Shown: positions 1 through 14,080, numbered from the stretch's first letter. The stretch is 64,000 nucleotides of DNA from Eledone cirrhosa (GCA_964016885.1 OZ024747.1:74152001-74216000), one strand, 5' to 3'. Numbers and translations: made by a program. Notes: a model not told the origin generated them from the letters alone.

Positions 1-483
1 AGATGCTAATTAAAATTTCGACGTTTACTTTCCTTCATTTTACTTAGAATTTTGGACGAACGAATAAAGGATAATAATAATAAATAACTGATAAGAGAAA
101 TGTTTTCGTTGCCTTCATCTAAACTAATTCTTACCCACATGTCACATTGTCTTCTTGAACATAGGTGGACATCAAACAAGGAGCGGGGACTAACTGCTGA
201 TATAATAATAATTGATTAAACTATTGATCGCATCCATAATGAATGGAAGATGGATTGACCCGTCTTTATGAATTGGGTTGAAAATTCGGAATTATATGAC
301 AGACACTTTTACAGTACTGAAGGAGTTGAATTTTATGAATGAATTTTAGATTTTGAGATACTTTTGAAAAGTAAACACCAAATATTCCGAATCCTCAACC
401 TGAAGAACGCCTGAGGTTTTGTATTCAATATGGAGATGAAAACGATTTCTTCTGTTGAAGAGAAGTTATTTAGTTAAAACTCA

Positions 484-605
484 CTATTACAAATTCAATT
501 ATAACATGTGACCGACATTTCCGCAAGTTGAAATTGATTTATGATATTTGAGACCTTCAATAAGTCAAGGAAGACCTCCGGCCTTAGCCATACTCGGCAG
601 GAAAC
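484..605 (+). pseudogene. hAT transposase C-terminal dimerisation-domain relic
   Basis: Translates as IITCDRHFRKLKLIY/(frameshift)YLRPSISQGRPPALAILG, matching the hAT motif 'ASCERSFSKLKLIKxYLRSTMSQERLxxLAILSIE'. Confidence 0.7.
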
Positions 606-841
606 TGAAAACTCCCATATATTATTTTTGCATGAAGTAAAGTACATTTTTAAAATGAAGTTGAATATTTTCATAAAACTACCTAAATATTTGTGCAAAC
701 AACACATTTCTTTTAAAGAGAAGCACAGTATAGCATTTTAATATATATATATATATATGTGTGTATGTGTTAGGTAATTCCGAAGGAAAAGCAAAGAAAA
801 AAAGAGTGCTCTATGTATAGAACAGAGCTATTTAATTAGAA

Positions 842-1117
842 AGTGAACAACACAAAATATAACTACTCCATTACCAAAGGTTTCTGGTTCCCTATTGCTA
901 TATATTTTTATTTATTATTTTTCTTACCCTTGTTTTCTTATGTATATTTCCCGTTATTTTTCCAGCCGCACTTCCAAATTTTAACAGATTTTAAATCTCA
1001 TTTCACATTTTTTATCCATAACATCTCTGTCTGAGGACCGATCTAGACGTATATTATTATTGTCTGGGATCCAGAAACCTTTGGTAATGGAGTAGTTATA
1101 TTTTCTGTTGCTCACTT
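842..1117 (+). mobile_element. Short Penelope-like non-autonomous element with inverted copy of its 3' end
   Basis: 842-892 is the reverse complement of ~1066-1117; contains a hammerhead motif; followed by (TA)n. Confidence 0.65.
1025..1092 (+). ncRNA. Type I hammerhead ribozyme motif
   Basis: ctctgt-CTGAGGA-[stem II gatctagac...gtctgggatc]-GAAA-CC ttt GG-TA-atggag; stem I ctctgt/atggag, GUA cleavage triplet. Confidence 0.8.
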
Positions 1118-1120
1118 TTT

Positions 1121-1182
<62 letters not shown>

Positions 1183-1190
<8 letters not shown>

Positions 1191-1393
1191 GTGAGGTTTT
1201 TTTTATAAAATGAAAAATAACCGAGATGTCCTACACGAGTGAAAGTATAAAGAAAAAGAGATGAAATCGAAAATGCAACTGGAGTCTTATTTTTTTTTTT
1301 TTAAATATATATATTTATTTGGTTCCTTTACCGGTTTCGCAGTTCTTCTGCTTTTCAAAAGGTGAGTTGAGATGGAGGGTCTGTGGTTTTTCT

Positions 1394-1396
<3 letters not shown>
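1183..1396 (-). mobile_element. (TA)n-flanked repeat family, second copy at 9494-9810
   Basis: Shared 'tattagaaagtgaggtttt...gtcctacacg' and 'gaaatcgaaaatgcaactggagtcttattt' segments, rearranged/inverted between the copies. Confidence 0.75.
1325..1362 (-). ncRNA. Minimal type I hammerhead with U3-A8 variant core
   Basis: cctt-TTGAAAA-gcag aagaa ctgc-GAAA-CCG-GTA-aagg on the minus strand. Confidence 0.65.
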
Positions 1397-1427
<31 letters not shown>

Positions 1428-1617
1428 TATATTTTGATTATATTTTTCTTCCCAAACTACCAAACCACACATTTATTTGTATATGCGCTATACGTTATGT
1501 ACATGTTATATTTATCGCATATCGAAGTATTTTTATATCATGGTTGATATTTGATAATATATTATGTTAACCTTCATAGTAAAATGTTGGTCTTGTCATA
1601 ACTTTTTCTCCATATAT

Positions 1618-2411
1618 TTGCCAATGCCTAGTATGTGTATTGCCAGTTGGTAGTATGCCTATTGCCAATTGGTAGTATGTGTATTGCCAATTGCTAGTAT
1701 GTGTATTGCCAATTGCTGGTATGTGTATTGCCAATTGCTTTTATGTGTATTGCCAATTGGTAGTATGTGTATTGCCAATTGGTAGTATGTGTATTGCCAA
1801 TGGCTAGTATGTGTATTGCCAATTGGTAATATGTGTATTGCCAATTGTTAGTATGTTTATTGCCAATGGCTAGTATGTGTATTGCCAATTGGTAGTATGT
1901 GTATTGCCAATTGCTTGTATGCGTATTGCCAATTGGTAGTATGTGTATTGCCAATGGCTAGTATGTGTATTGCCAATTGGTAGTATGTGTATTGCCAATT
2001 GTTAGTATGTGTATTGTCAATGACTAATAGGTGTATTGCCAATAGCTAGTAGGTTTATTGCCAATTGGTAGTATGTGTATTGCCAGTTGTTAGTATGTGT
2101 ATTGCCAATGGCTAGTAGGTGTATTGCCAAAGGCTAGTATGTGTATTGCCAATTGGTAGTATGTGTATTGCCAATTGCTTGTATGTGTATTGCCAATGGC
2201 TAGTAGGTGTATTGCCAATTGGTAGTATGTGTATTGCCAGTTGTTAGTATGTGTATTGCCAATGGCTAGTAGGTGTATTGCCAATTGGTAGTAGGTGTAT
2301 TGCCAGTTGTTAGTATGTGTATTGCCAATGGCTAGTAGGTGTATTGCCAACGGCTAGTATGTGTATTGCCAATGGCTAGTAGGTGTATTGCCAATTGCTT
2401 GTATGTGTATT
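1618..2411. repeat. 22-bp minisatellite (tattgccaattggtagtatgtg)n
   Basis: About 35 tandem units with variants; internal palindrome ccaattgg. Confidence 0.97.
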
Positions 2412-2943
2412 CAGGGAAATATTTCAGTGGTCATTTTGCTACAATCACTTTGTAATTATGGGAAGCAGTAAATGTAATATGACCTGCTTGGACACTAATC
2501 GCATTTTCTGGCCATTTTAGAGTGCAAAGAGATAAAATGTTTAGTGTTGATATGGAGTTGGGGATTGGAACTGATTACCGTGTAGTAGGTATAGAGAGAC
2601 GGAGAGTATACTGGTAATTAATATAGAGAGGGGTAGCGAAAGAGAGTGATGTGTGGTAGATATAGAGAGGGGAAGAGTTTGTTGGTAAAGTATATAGAGA
2701 GTTGGATTAAGAGCGTGTTGTATGGAGAGTTGGAGAAAGTAGTGGTAATTAATATAGGGAGGGGGATTAGGAGTGAGAACCGTGTGGTAGATATATATAG
2801 AGAGAAATGTAGTATTGAATGATTAGAGAGTGTGTTGTATATTAGATACAGAGAGGGGGAGAGTTTGGGGTTGATTACTTCAAAGAGTGTTATTGGGAGA
2901 GTGTTTTTATGTTAGATATATAGATGGGAAGAATTTGGTGGTT

Positions 2944-2989
<46 letters not shown>

Positions 2990-3032
2990 AAATATACATA
3001 CATACACACACACATATATGTATATATATATA

Positions 3033-3358
3033 TAACGAATAAAGTGTGGTGAGGAACCAGGTGGACCATAACGCATCAGAGTACTTAGGGTAGTAGAGTG
3101 GGTAATGGGAAGAGTTCGGACCCCGACGGCTGACCTCAAGCCGTTTCAACAGCTATACATAGATATATATATATATAGGAAAATGTATGACCCGACGGCA
3201 GAGCTCAAGCCGTTTCGACGGCTATTTCAGAAATAGCCGTCGAAACGGCTTGAGCTCTGCCGTCCGGGTCATACATTTTCCTATTACCTACTACCCTAAG
3301 TATTGAGTACTCTGGTGCGTTATGGTCCATCTCGTTCCTTACCACAACTCCTTCGTTA
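3033..3358. mobile_element. Fold-back element family A (gacggc..gagctcaagccgtttcgacggctat), nested inverted copies
   Basis: Same sequence at 6153-6283, 13883-14080, 28072-28272, 55217-55270 and 56155-56285, always next to (TA)n. Confidence 0.85.
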
Positions 3359-3589
3359 TATATATATATGTATGTATACGGGGGCGGTTAATATATTTTC
3401 CCCTGCAAACTACCAAAACAGACATATATTTGGATATACGCTACAATTTATGTTTATCACATATCGAAGTTTTCTCACCGTTTTAGAGGGCAAGGAGTTT
3501 ATCTAATCACTACAAATACATTGACCAAACTTGACTACACCGGACCGTGGAAAGGGATAGAATACACTACGGCGAATAGACATGGTTGA

Positions 3590-3621
3590 TACTACTACTA
3601 CTACTACCACCACTACTACTA

Positions 3622-3688
<67 letters not shown>

Positions 3689-3698
3689 TACTACTACT

Positions 3699-3772
<74 letters not shown>

Positions 3773-3780
3773 TACTACTA

Positions 3781-3868
<88 letters not shown>

Positions 3869-3870
3869 CA
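3590..3870. repeat. (CTA)n microsatellite
   Basis: Direct observation; source of the poly-T/V/L ORFs. Confidence 0.99.
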
Positions 3871-4131
3871 ACTGTATCGTTAAGATAACACCGCCCCTAG
3901 CACTATGATAGTATTACCTCCTTTAGAACACGACTATTACGACCTCCTGCTACCGTCAACCTTATCACACTCCAACTATTACTGCCATTTCTACACGAAC
4001 TTTACTACTGCCACCACGTCTACATATGATTAACACCTACTATTTTAACCACACCTTATTAATTCTAGGTATGTTACTATTGATTTCTCCACCCTGCTCA
4101 CACTCTGCTTCAATCTCTACCTCTTTCTCTA

Positions 4132-4169
<38 letters not shown>

Positions 4170-4465
4170 CTCTCTCTCCCTGTAACACTGATAGTCTCTC
4201 GTTCTCTCTAGAAATTCATGCAATATAGTCCCATATAATGTTCAATCAAACTCGCATCATTTTTACCGTCTAGCAACATGACCGTCTGTATGTCAAGCAC
4301 GATCTTCTCCACAGTTCTATTCCCCACCCTTCTATCAATCTCCCCTCTCTCTCACTCTCTCTCACTCTCGCTCTTGCTTTATGTCTAATTACGCGCATAA
4401 TGCCTATATACAGAAAAAGCTTGATGGATACATAGATCGATAGATAGATAAACATATATACATAT

Positions 4466-4581
<116 letters not shown>

Positions 4582-4954
4582 CACATACATCTCAACTTTT
4601 CCTCAGACACTCACACAGAGACACACGCACTTATATAAGTGTGTATATATATATTTATATATATAGATATATGTATGTGTTTGTGTGTTATATTATTAAA
4701 TATATACATATATACATATATATGTTTACAGAAACGCACACGAACACACACACACACATATATATATATACAGACTTCCAGCGACACTACAAAGGATTTT
4801 CTGCTGCAATCAATACATTGTAATAAACACAAATCGATATATCAATACTAATGAGTTATAACGCACCCTCTTCCTTTATGCTGAATGTCACTCCCACCTA
4901 CACATTGATTGCATTGTCGCCACACCTTTTCTCTACCTTTCATTTATTTCTCCG

Positions 4955-5021
<67 letters not shown>

Positions 5022-5122
5022 GTCAATCCATCCATCGATCTGTCTGTCTATATATATATGTGTGTGTATATTGAAACATGTATTTCATTATCTACCCATC
5101 AATCTACTTATCTGTCTATCTA

Positions 5123-5189
<67 letters not shown>

Positions 5190-5191
<2 letters not shown>

Positions 5192-5311
5192 GTTATTCCG
5201 GGTTGAATCGGAGGTAACCACAGTAAGTAAGGTACTCATGATGATTTCTAAAGAATGATGATTTCTAAAGAATGAAACAGTTCTAGTCCTGTAGAATCTC
5301 ATCTATATTAA

Positions 5312-5315
<4 letters not shown>
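5190..5315. mobile_element. Interspersed repeat family C, also at ~16705-16880, 51320-51430 and 58885-58945
   Basis: Shared 'gatgatttctaaagaatgaaacagttctagtcctgtagaa' or its reverse complement, adjacent to (TA)n. Confidence 0.7.
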
Positions 5316-5346
<31 letters not shown>

Positions 5347-5641
5347 TATTAAGTTGTTGAACAATATTCCATGTTTATGTCAAACAATGAGTTTTACAGT
5401 AGATTGGAAGCACTGAACGGAAAAAAATTATTTTCAGGAGTTATTAATATTATAATATAAGTATTAATAAAATAGATGTTCTTTTGATCAATTAGATTTT
5501 ATTATACTACCATGATTAAATCTTAACCATTTAACATCTCAGGGTATGTCATGTATCATTATATTTTGTCTGTTGTACATCCGAAATATGTATAATAAAA
5601 TGTAATTGATCAAAAGAACATCTATTTTATTAATACTTATA

Positions 5642-5726
<85 letters not shown>

Positions 5727-6052
5727 ATATATATGTATATATGTATATGTATATATATACTATCTATCTATTTAACTATCCATCTATGTATTTATCATCG
5801 TCTATCTCTCTACCTCTCTATCTCTCTATCTCTCTTTCCCTGCCTCACCTCCTATTATCTCTCTCAGCTTGCCTCTCTCTATATATCTCCTTCTCACTAA
5901 TTCTTACAATATTCTTCTCATGGTAACACACAGAAATCTATTAATGAACTATTCTTGTTATCAATGGGACTGATTCAAATCATGTTTAACTTTCCCCCTC
6001 TTATTCCCTTCCAGTAAATACACTTTCTTTCACTACCCTATCTCTCTCTCCT

Positions 6053-6322
<270 letters not shown>

Positions 6323-6450
6323 GTGAGTAAACATATATATATATATATATAGCTACATATGTATATATCACATAGAGCCTCGAGGGCTTAGAGTTTTGTC
6401 TTAAAGTTCGTGTCAAAATAATGTGTACGTGTGTATATATATGCGTTATC

Positions 6451-6502
<52 letters not shown>

Positions 6503-6894
6503 TTATATATGTATATATGTTACTCTCATACACTCAATATGTATTTCTTACTCCTCAGTCAAACTTTGTGTAAAACTTTCTTCCCTCGTCTCTCCCTCTG
6601 TCTTTGTTTATCAACGTCACTTGTTCACATTACCTTTCTTCCACCCACTTGCTTTAAAACTTACATTTAGTTCAATCCTACCGCCATCATTTCTATACAT
6701 AGTAATTATTCTATCCTTCATTCATGCCAAGACAATTTCTACCACTTCTTCTACACTGATTTCATTGATTTCAAATCTTCATCTGTTTTCCGAGATACTT
6801 ACTCCACTAATTCTTTCCTCTGGCCACTATTTTCTTATACACCATACTCTTTTCCCTTACATCCGTCATTTCCCTCTATGATACACACACTCTA

Positions 6895-6997
<103 letters not shown>

Positions 6998-7319
6998 CAG
7001 TTCTCTCCTGGGTTTTCGCGGGGGTAAGGTTCCTAGAGCACCCTCGAAGAAAAATCGCCTATCAATGTCAAAATATAACATGAAATATAATTTAAAGAAT
7101 AGGGAGTCTCTTATGCGAGGGGCCTTCCATTAGTCCGGCAAACACAGTATGTTGTTACTAATAATTTAGCGTTAAAAATATATATATATTGCCACGATAA
7201 AAAGCCATAAATAATCGCGGAAGGTATTTACGATTCCGCGAATACGCCGTGTTTTCCACGAACAATTATTAGTGAGGTTCTACAGAAAATTCTGCGAATA
7301 ACTGGGACCGCGAATTCTG
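6998..7319. mobile_element. Tc1/mariner (Tigger/pogo-like) MITE
   Basis: Begins TA|CAGT..cct..tttcgcgggggtaaggttcc (Tigger-like TIR) and ends ...gaccgcgaattctg|TA; TA target. Confidence 0.55.
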
Positions 7320-7329
7320 TAGAGTCGTT

Positions 7330-7460
7330 AGAGCGTCGGATAGAATGATTTGCGGTATTCGTTCTGGATCTCTGCTCAATGAATTCAAATCCCATTGATG
7401 TCAACTTTGACTTTCATCCTTTCGTGGTAGATAAAAAAAGTACCAATTTATTATTGGGGG
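7330..7460 (+). mobile_element. Cephalopod-type SINE fragment
   Basis: gaattcaaatcccattgatgtcaactttgactttcatcctttcgtggtagataaaaaaagtacc, similar to the other SINE copies. Confidence 0.7.
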
Positions 7461-8805
7461 CGTTCCTTCCTCTATATATCTTTCTCACATCCTTTCTTTC
7501 ACTCTCGATCCTTCTCTGGAAGAAACCTAATGCATTCAGGCCTGTAGAAGAGATGGAATACACTAGGTTTAAATTCAAAATACCAAAATACGCCAGTGTA
7601 GCGCCCCTCCTGGTGTAACAATTCCATGCCATGACAAACAAGAAAAAATATGTCACAGTAGGTAAATGTAAAATGTTCAGAGATTACATATTAAGCGATT
7701 TGAGCAATGCAAAAATCTTTGTGAACATAATGAACATTTGAAAGATCCTTCAAAATATTTTTAAGATTTTGTGTGTTAAATACAGAGGAATTTCAGGGGA
7801 ATTTCACAATGCCAATATTTCAATTTATTACATCGTTCTTAATTCTTTGCAGCCTCGATTACGCTTCCCTAAGGAGGTCCAATAATACTGAAACATGTTC
7901 GACATTGTCAGAATTTCTACCTCAGGTCACATTCAATACATATCTGTGTTAAAATGAAATTTTAGTTAATTGAAATTTTCGGGAGTTCTATCTCTTTCCC
8001 TTCTAAGAAAAAAATTTAATTAATGCTAATGACAATTTTCTTGTTAGAGCTGTAATTCTAATTAATTAAACATTATTTTTGGTTTGGGGTGTCAAGTCTG
8101 GTAACCGAGCTATGTTAGAAATATATGCAAGATCCCTGCAAACATTTTCATCACACTGCTTGATAAGCTAACTGGGGTGCAACAAAATTATTTTCTTGAC
8201 ACCAGTAATTAACAGTCAAAACTCCCTTAAATCATGCCCCACCGACTTCGATGTAGAATAAATGATATAATGCAATGGATTCCACTGCAATGTCTTTCAT
8301 CTTTGGTCTGCTCAATAAATGGCAAGTTGGGGCCACACAACACAGAAACAATAACCTACTCGACCATATATTATCGATAGAACCCAACAACATCAGTGAT
8401 TTTAGACTTCCCCCTGTCTATCACCAGGGCTTTCGATCATTTGTTGGAATAACTGACATGTAGAATACAATTTCTTTACCCCAGGAGGGACGCTACTACA
8501 TGATAAACATATGTTTGTATTGTTCTGGGAAATATATTGGAAGCATATATATAAACCTTTATTGTTATAATATATATAATCCTTTCGAGCCCTCTTCGGA
8601 TTTTTGTCTTCACATTTACAGCTTCTCTCCCTTCTTTCGCCGAAAAGAAGTAAGTGACATAGTCACTACTTTAAAACTGATAGCGAATGGTCTTTTTATT
8701 GTTTTAAATAAACATACGGTATATTGCCAAATATACTATACATACATTCATGTATACATCGCTATTTCAGAGCATCAATCCTAATATATATATATATATA
8801 TATAT

Positions 8806-9450
8806 ATATTGTTATACTTTGGGAGGGTCATGTTGCCAATAAGAAACACACGCACCAGTTGCTTTCACTTCAATTAATTATATATTTATAAATTCATAAA
8901 TTTATAGACCTATAAATTTCTGGTTGGTTGGTTGGTTCCACAACCAGATAGTTGTTTATATATAGTCATAGTTCTTTCGTCACACACTCTGTGACCTCTT
9001 CAGTGACTGGGGATTCCTTTCTTTGTTTCTGTGCCTCTCCTTTGTTCTGTCCTACGCCATTTTGTTTCTGTGTGTGTGTTGTGTGCTCAGTCTGCGCATG
9101 CGCCACATCCGGGTGTCTGTGTGTGTTTATGTTCATTTATTTATTTGTTTATTTACATGTTACTGGTTGGTTGTTTGTTCTATGTGTGTGTTTTCATTTT
9201 GTCCTTAATTGTAAGTTGTGATGTTGCTGTTCCACTCATATTTTCTATTTAATTTTGGTTGTGGAACCAACCAACCAACCAGAAATTTATAGGTTTATAA
9301 ATTTATAAATTTATAAATATATAATAAATTGAAGTGAAAGCAACTGGTGCGTGTGTTTCTTATTGGCAACATGACCCTCCCAAAGTATAACAATATCGGT
9401 TTCAACACACGATTTCAGATAAAGAATCTTGCTAAACAAATTCAGAAACG

Positions 9451-9453
<3 letters not shown>
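8806..9453 (-). mobile_element. Penelope-like element family B with ~140-bp inverted arms
   Basis: 8806-8947 inverted at 9257-9395; internal hammerhead; (TA)n on both sides; related sequence at 39866-40930 and 56030-56135. Confidence 0.8.
8964..9008 (-). ncRNA. Minimal type I hammerhead ribozyme
   Basis: agtca-CTGAAGA-g gtcaca gagtg tgtgac-GAAA-g aa c-TA-tgact; perfect 5-bp stem I and 6-bp stem II. Confidence 0.85.
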
Positions 9454-9502
<49 letters not shown>

Positions 9503-9583
9503 GTGAGGTTTTTTTTACAAAATGAAAAATAACCGAGGTGTCCTACACGTGAGAAAAACCCAAGACCCTCCATCTCAACTCTA

Positions 9584-9620
9584 CTTTTGAAAAGCAGAAG
9601 AACTGCGAAACCAGTAAAGG
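9584..9620 (+). ncRNA. Minimal hammerhead, U3-A8 variant (second copy)
   Basis: ctt-TTGAAAA-gcagaagaactgc-GAAA-cca-GTA-aag. Confidence 0.55.
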
Positions 9621-9688
9621 AACAAATAAATATATATATTTAAAAAAAAAATAAGACTCCAGTTGCATTTTCGATTTCAACTTTTTTT

Positions 9689-9766
<78 letters not shown>

Positions 9767-9802
9767 AAAAAAAGTTGAAATCGAAAATGCAACTGGAGTC
9801 TT

Positions 9803-9849
<47 letters not shown>

Positions 9850-10637
9850 ATGTATATATGTGTGCGTGTATACGACAGTATTTTTGCATGTACCTATATG
9901 TCACTCCATATTTAGACGGATATATATATATATTCACTTATCTAAACATGCAGATATGCTTTTAAACTGTCTTTGTTTGGAATAACTGTTGAGGTTGGAA
10001 ACTGGGCTGGATAATATATTTGGACAATTGACAACACACTGAATGACTTTGTGTAGCAGCAGATAAAATGACTTCTAGATCACAGCATATAAGTTTAACC
10101 TAACTTTTCAAATTGGTTTCAAATATATATTACTAAGCCGATGGAGATGTATGTACGTATATGCTGATCTTCCAGAAATCGAACAAATATTTTTTCAACA
10201 AAGAAGCAATCATAACACCGTATACTAATACGAAATCTTGACACAGAGAAAGTATAATTGGATGAAAATTTAATATTATTTGATTAAAATATATTCAATT
10301 CAATGCATTTATTCCACAATCTCTATATTATTCCAGACACATAGAATTCACAAATATAATTATCTCATTCCGCATACCTACAGAAAATTAAGTATTTTTG
10401 CAACAAAGCAACTACACACACGCACACATACACATACACACACACATTCACACTCACATACATATATATATATATATAAATATGTGTGTGTGTATGTGTG
10501 TATGTGTGAATGTACCTATATGACATTGCTCGTATCTATATGTACACGGTCATATATTCATATATTTAAACATGCATATATGCACAAACTGATAGCTACA
10601 CGTACGCACAAATATATGTATGTATATGTATATATGA

Positions 10638-10714
<77 letters not shown>

Positions 10715-10871
10715 TGTGTGTGTGTGTGTGTCTGTCTGTGTCTGTGTGTCTATGTGCGTGTCTGTGTGTGCGTGTGTGTGTGTGCGCGCGCGTGTGTGTG
10801 TGCGTGAAAAAAGATATACATATATAGAGAGAAAGAATGATAGTTAGATAGATAGATAGATAGATAGATAG

Positions 10872-11520
10872 ATTTCTTTTTTTGCCACAAGGGCGCATAA
10901 GAAAAGGGGACAATACAAAGACATGACGGGGATTTTACATACAGTCGTGTAAACAATATAAAACAAACAATTATAACAATCGAAATCCCCAATAGGGGGG
11001 AGGCGCCACAAATGGGTTGTTTAATACCCCGTCGATAGAACAACCCTCAACTTCAGGAGCATGTTGTGCAAGTGCTCCTTTCTTCCTTTTGCTCTCTTCT
11101 TCAACCTACAGGTTTATATACAGAGAAGGCCCAATCACTCGGGCCATTTTTTCCACATTCACCCACCTTTCAGTAAAATTACTGGGGTGCAGTGCCTCTC
11201 TCTCCACTCTGATTCTCATTCTAAAGTGGTGTCTAAAGAAGGGAATGAGTTGTTGTCCGGAGAGAAAGGCATCTGTCCTCAGTCCTCTCAATCTCGTCCA
11301 CCATATAACATCTTTCACCATAGCCGCTATACAGAGGAAAAGTGCCTCTCTTTCGTTTTTGAAAGAAGTTGGCGGTTTGTTCCTTACTACTCGGCAGTCA
11401 ACTGGATTTGTCCCATACGCGACAGCAGTTGTTCCGCGTAGTTCCACAGGTCGGGCAATTTACAATTGCGTGCAGGACGGTTGCAATGTCCTGCGCGCAT
11501 CTTGGACACATTTTAGTGAC
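10872..11520 (-). mobile_element. Tx1/L1-clade LINE 3' fragment (ORF2 CCHC zinc finger and C-terminus)
   Basis: CPRCAQDIATVLHAIVNCP (zf-RVT-like CCHC) followed by ...MVKDVIWWTRLR...; 3' end runs into an A-tract and (TCTA)n. Confidence 0.75.
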
Positions 11521-11695
11521 ATATTGACATATAGACAGACAGGTATACAAATATAACACTTGTATGCCTGTCTCTCTGTCTGTATATGGGTGTATAAGTA
11601 CGAATGTATTTGCGTACATACGCAGACTTCTGTCTGTGAGTATATATTATTCAAAATATTAACAAATGAAGATATTCACATAATCAAAATATAGG

Positions 11696-11756
11696 CTTTA
11701 TTACATATATTTCGAAGGTACTGTGTTGTTTTTTCAGTGCGTCCTCGTCAGATAAG
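11696..11756 (-). ncRNA. Type I hammerhead ribozyme motif
   Basis: ttat-CTGACGA-ggacgcactg...cagtaccttc-GAAA-tatat-GTA-ataa; imperfect stem II. Confidence 0.65.
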
Positions 11757-11799
11757 ATATATGATTTGATATATGACATACCTCTACGGTCTTGATATT

Positions 11800-12172
11800 A
11801 CACACTTCTGTCTGTGGGTATATATACACACACTTTAGTCTGTGAGTGTATAGACACTTCAGTCTGTGAGTATATATACACACACTTCAATCTGTGAGTA
11901 TATATATACACACTTCAATCTGTGAGTATATATATATATACACACTTCAGTCTGTGAGTATATATATACACACTTCAGTCTGTGGGTATATACACACACT
12001 TCAGTCTGTGAGTATATATATATATACACACTTCAGTCTGTGAGTATATATATACACACTTCAGTCTGTGAGTATATATACACACACTTCAATCTGTGAG
12101 TATATATATATATACACACTTCAGTCTGTGAGTATATATATACACACTCCAGTCTGTGGGTATATACACACA
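11800..12172. repeat. ~26-32-bp minisatellite (cacacttcagtctgtgagtatata..)n
   Basis: About 13 tandem units with variable TA length. Confidence 0.95.
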
Positions 12173-12417
12173 CACGTTCGTGAAAAACTTAGCATCTGAA
12201 GAAAATCGAAACCAAAGTGCAATGTAGAAAATAATACTTTAAAAGAAACGAAAAATACTCCATAAATGTTGTGATTTTAAGGTTTCATCTTTCATTTTCT
12301 GACACTGTCAATCAATATCATACTATGAACATTTCCTCATTTCTCTCTATATATATACATATATATACACATATATATATATACATATATATATACATAT
12401 ATATATATACATATAGA

Positions 12418-12459
<42 letters not shown>

Positions 12460-12548
12460 TATATACATATATATATATATATACATATATATATTCATAT
12501 ATATGCATATATATAAATATATATATATAAATGCATATACATACATAC

Positions 12549-12597
<49 letters not shown>

Positions 12598-12647
12598 CAC
12601 ACACACACATATATATACATACAGACACACATATATATCTATATATG

Positions 12648-12686
<39 letters not shown>

Positions 12687-13838
12687 ATGTATGTAAATAT
12701 GTATGTATGTATATATGTATATATGTATGTAAGTATGTATACATGTATGTATGTATATATGTATATATATATATATGTTCATATTTTCTACTTGTTTAAC
12801 CTTAACGTTTTTTTCTTTTCTTTCTTCCTCGTATAATTTGCTTTTCTCTTGGCTTTTTGAAGCCCTGTCATAGATTAACACTTCTTTAATTTCCCTATTC
12901 AGACAGATTGTAAGCTATCTCCTTTCTCTTAAACTCTCTCCTCTCTCTCTATGTATATATATATATCTTACACACACACTCTCTCTCTTTTCCATTCTTT
13001 CTCTATATATCTATCTATCTATCTCTTTATATTTCTGTCTTTTCATATCTCCACCCTCACTCTCATTTTCTCTTCCTCTATATATCGATTAATCTATCTA
13101 TATTTCGATCTTTTCCTCTCACTCACTCCCTCACACACTCACTCTCTCCCTCACTCTATCACTCGTTCTTTATCTAGATCTTGCTATAAATTTCTCTTTC
13201 CTTATTTCTTTCCTTTACTATATTTTTTTAATCTTATTATTCCTTTTTTCTCTTTCATTTCTATTTATTTCTCCACTTTAACCAAATATATCTTAAATTG
13301 TTACAAACCTAAATAGAGTAGAATGAAAACTTTCATATCTTTCTTCTTATTTTTCTTCTCATATGCAAAAGACATAAAAATCCAATTAAGTAGATCTTTT
13401 GATGTGGAGATCAAAACAGTTAGCATTGGCATGCAGAGTTTGGCAGCAAACTCAACGATAAAACACCTTAGACTTGTCAGTGGTGAAACTCCAATATCAT
13501 AATCACAGAATACCTTTTCAAATAATGGCGTTGCAATAAGAAACGTTACTCATCTGGCACGTTTCCCGCACAACCAATACATTGATGGATCGTTCGTTAT
13601 CGAGAAAGTTTATACTTTCTCACGCAATGTCTATTTCAGAACCACAGTTGAAACAACAAACGAACAATTGAAGTCAAAACAAGACTTACTAGTATACATA
13701 GATATATATACATACATACACACACACGCACACACACGCACATATATATATATATAATATAATTGTATATATACATGTGTGTGTGTGTTTATGTATATAG
13801 ACAGAGAGAGAGAACAGACACACGTGTACACATTAACG

Positions 13839-13880
<42 letters not shown>

Positions 13881-13882
13881 TA

Positions 13883-14078
13883 TAGGAAAAGTTTCAGGAT
13901 CCGACGACAGAGCTCAAGCCGTTTCGACGGCTATATCTGGTCCAGATATAGACGTCGAAATGGCTTGAGCTCTGCCGTCGGGGTCCTGAACCTTGTCCTA
14001 TTACCCAGTATACTACCCAAAGTATCGAGTACTCTGGTGCGTTATGGTCCACCTGGTTCCTTACCTCACTTCCTTCGT

Positions 14079-14080
<2 letters not shown>
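13883..14080. mobile_element. Fold-back element family A copy
   Basis: Palindrome centred at ctgg-t-ccag (~13941), flanked by (TA)n. Confidence 0.85.

Noticed and set aside
1618-2411. CRISPR-like array or repetitive protein ORFs
   Set aside because: Tandem units without unique spacers, eukaryotic context; the ORFs are repeat artefacts.
3503-3908. Poly-V/T/L ORFs
   Set aside because: Translations of the (CTA)n microsatellite.
5560-5602. Hammerhead (ccgaaatatgtataataaaa)
   Set aside because: The 3' half resembles 16496-16550 but the CTGANGA core and stem II are missing.
13400-13690. Possible exon (stop-free stretches on both strands)
   Set aside because: Strand and splice sites are ambiguous; no recognisable motif.
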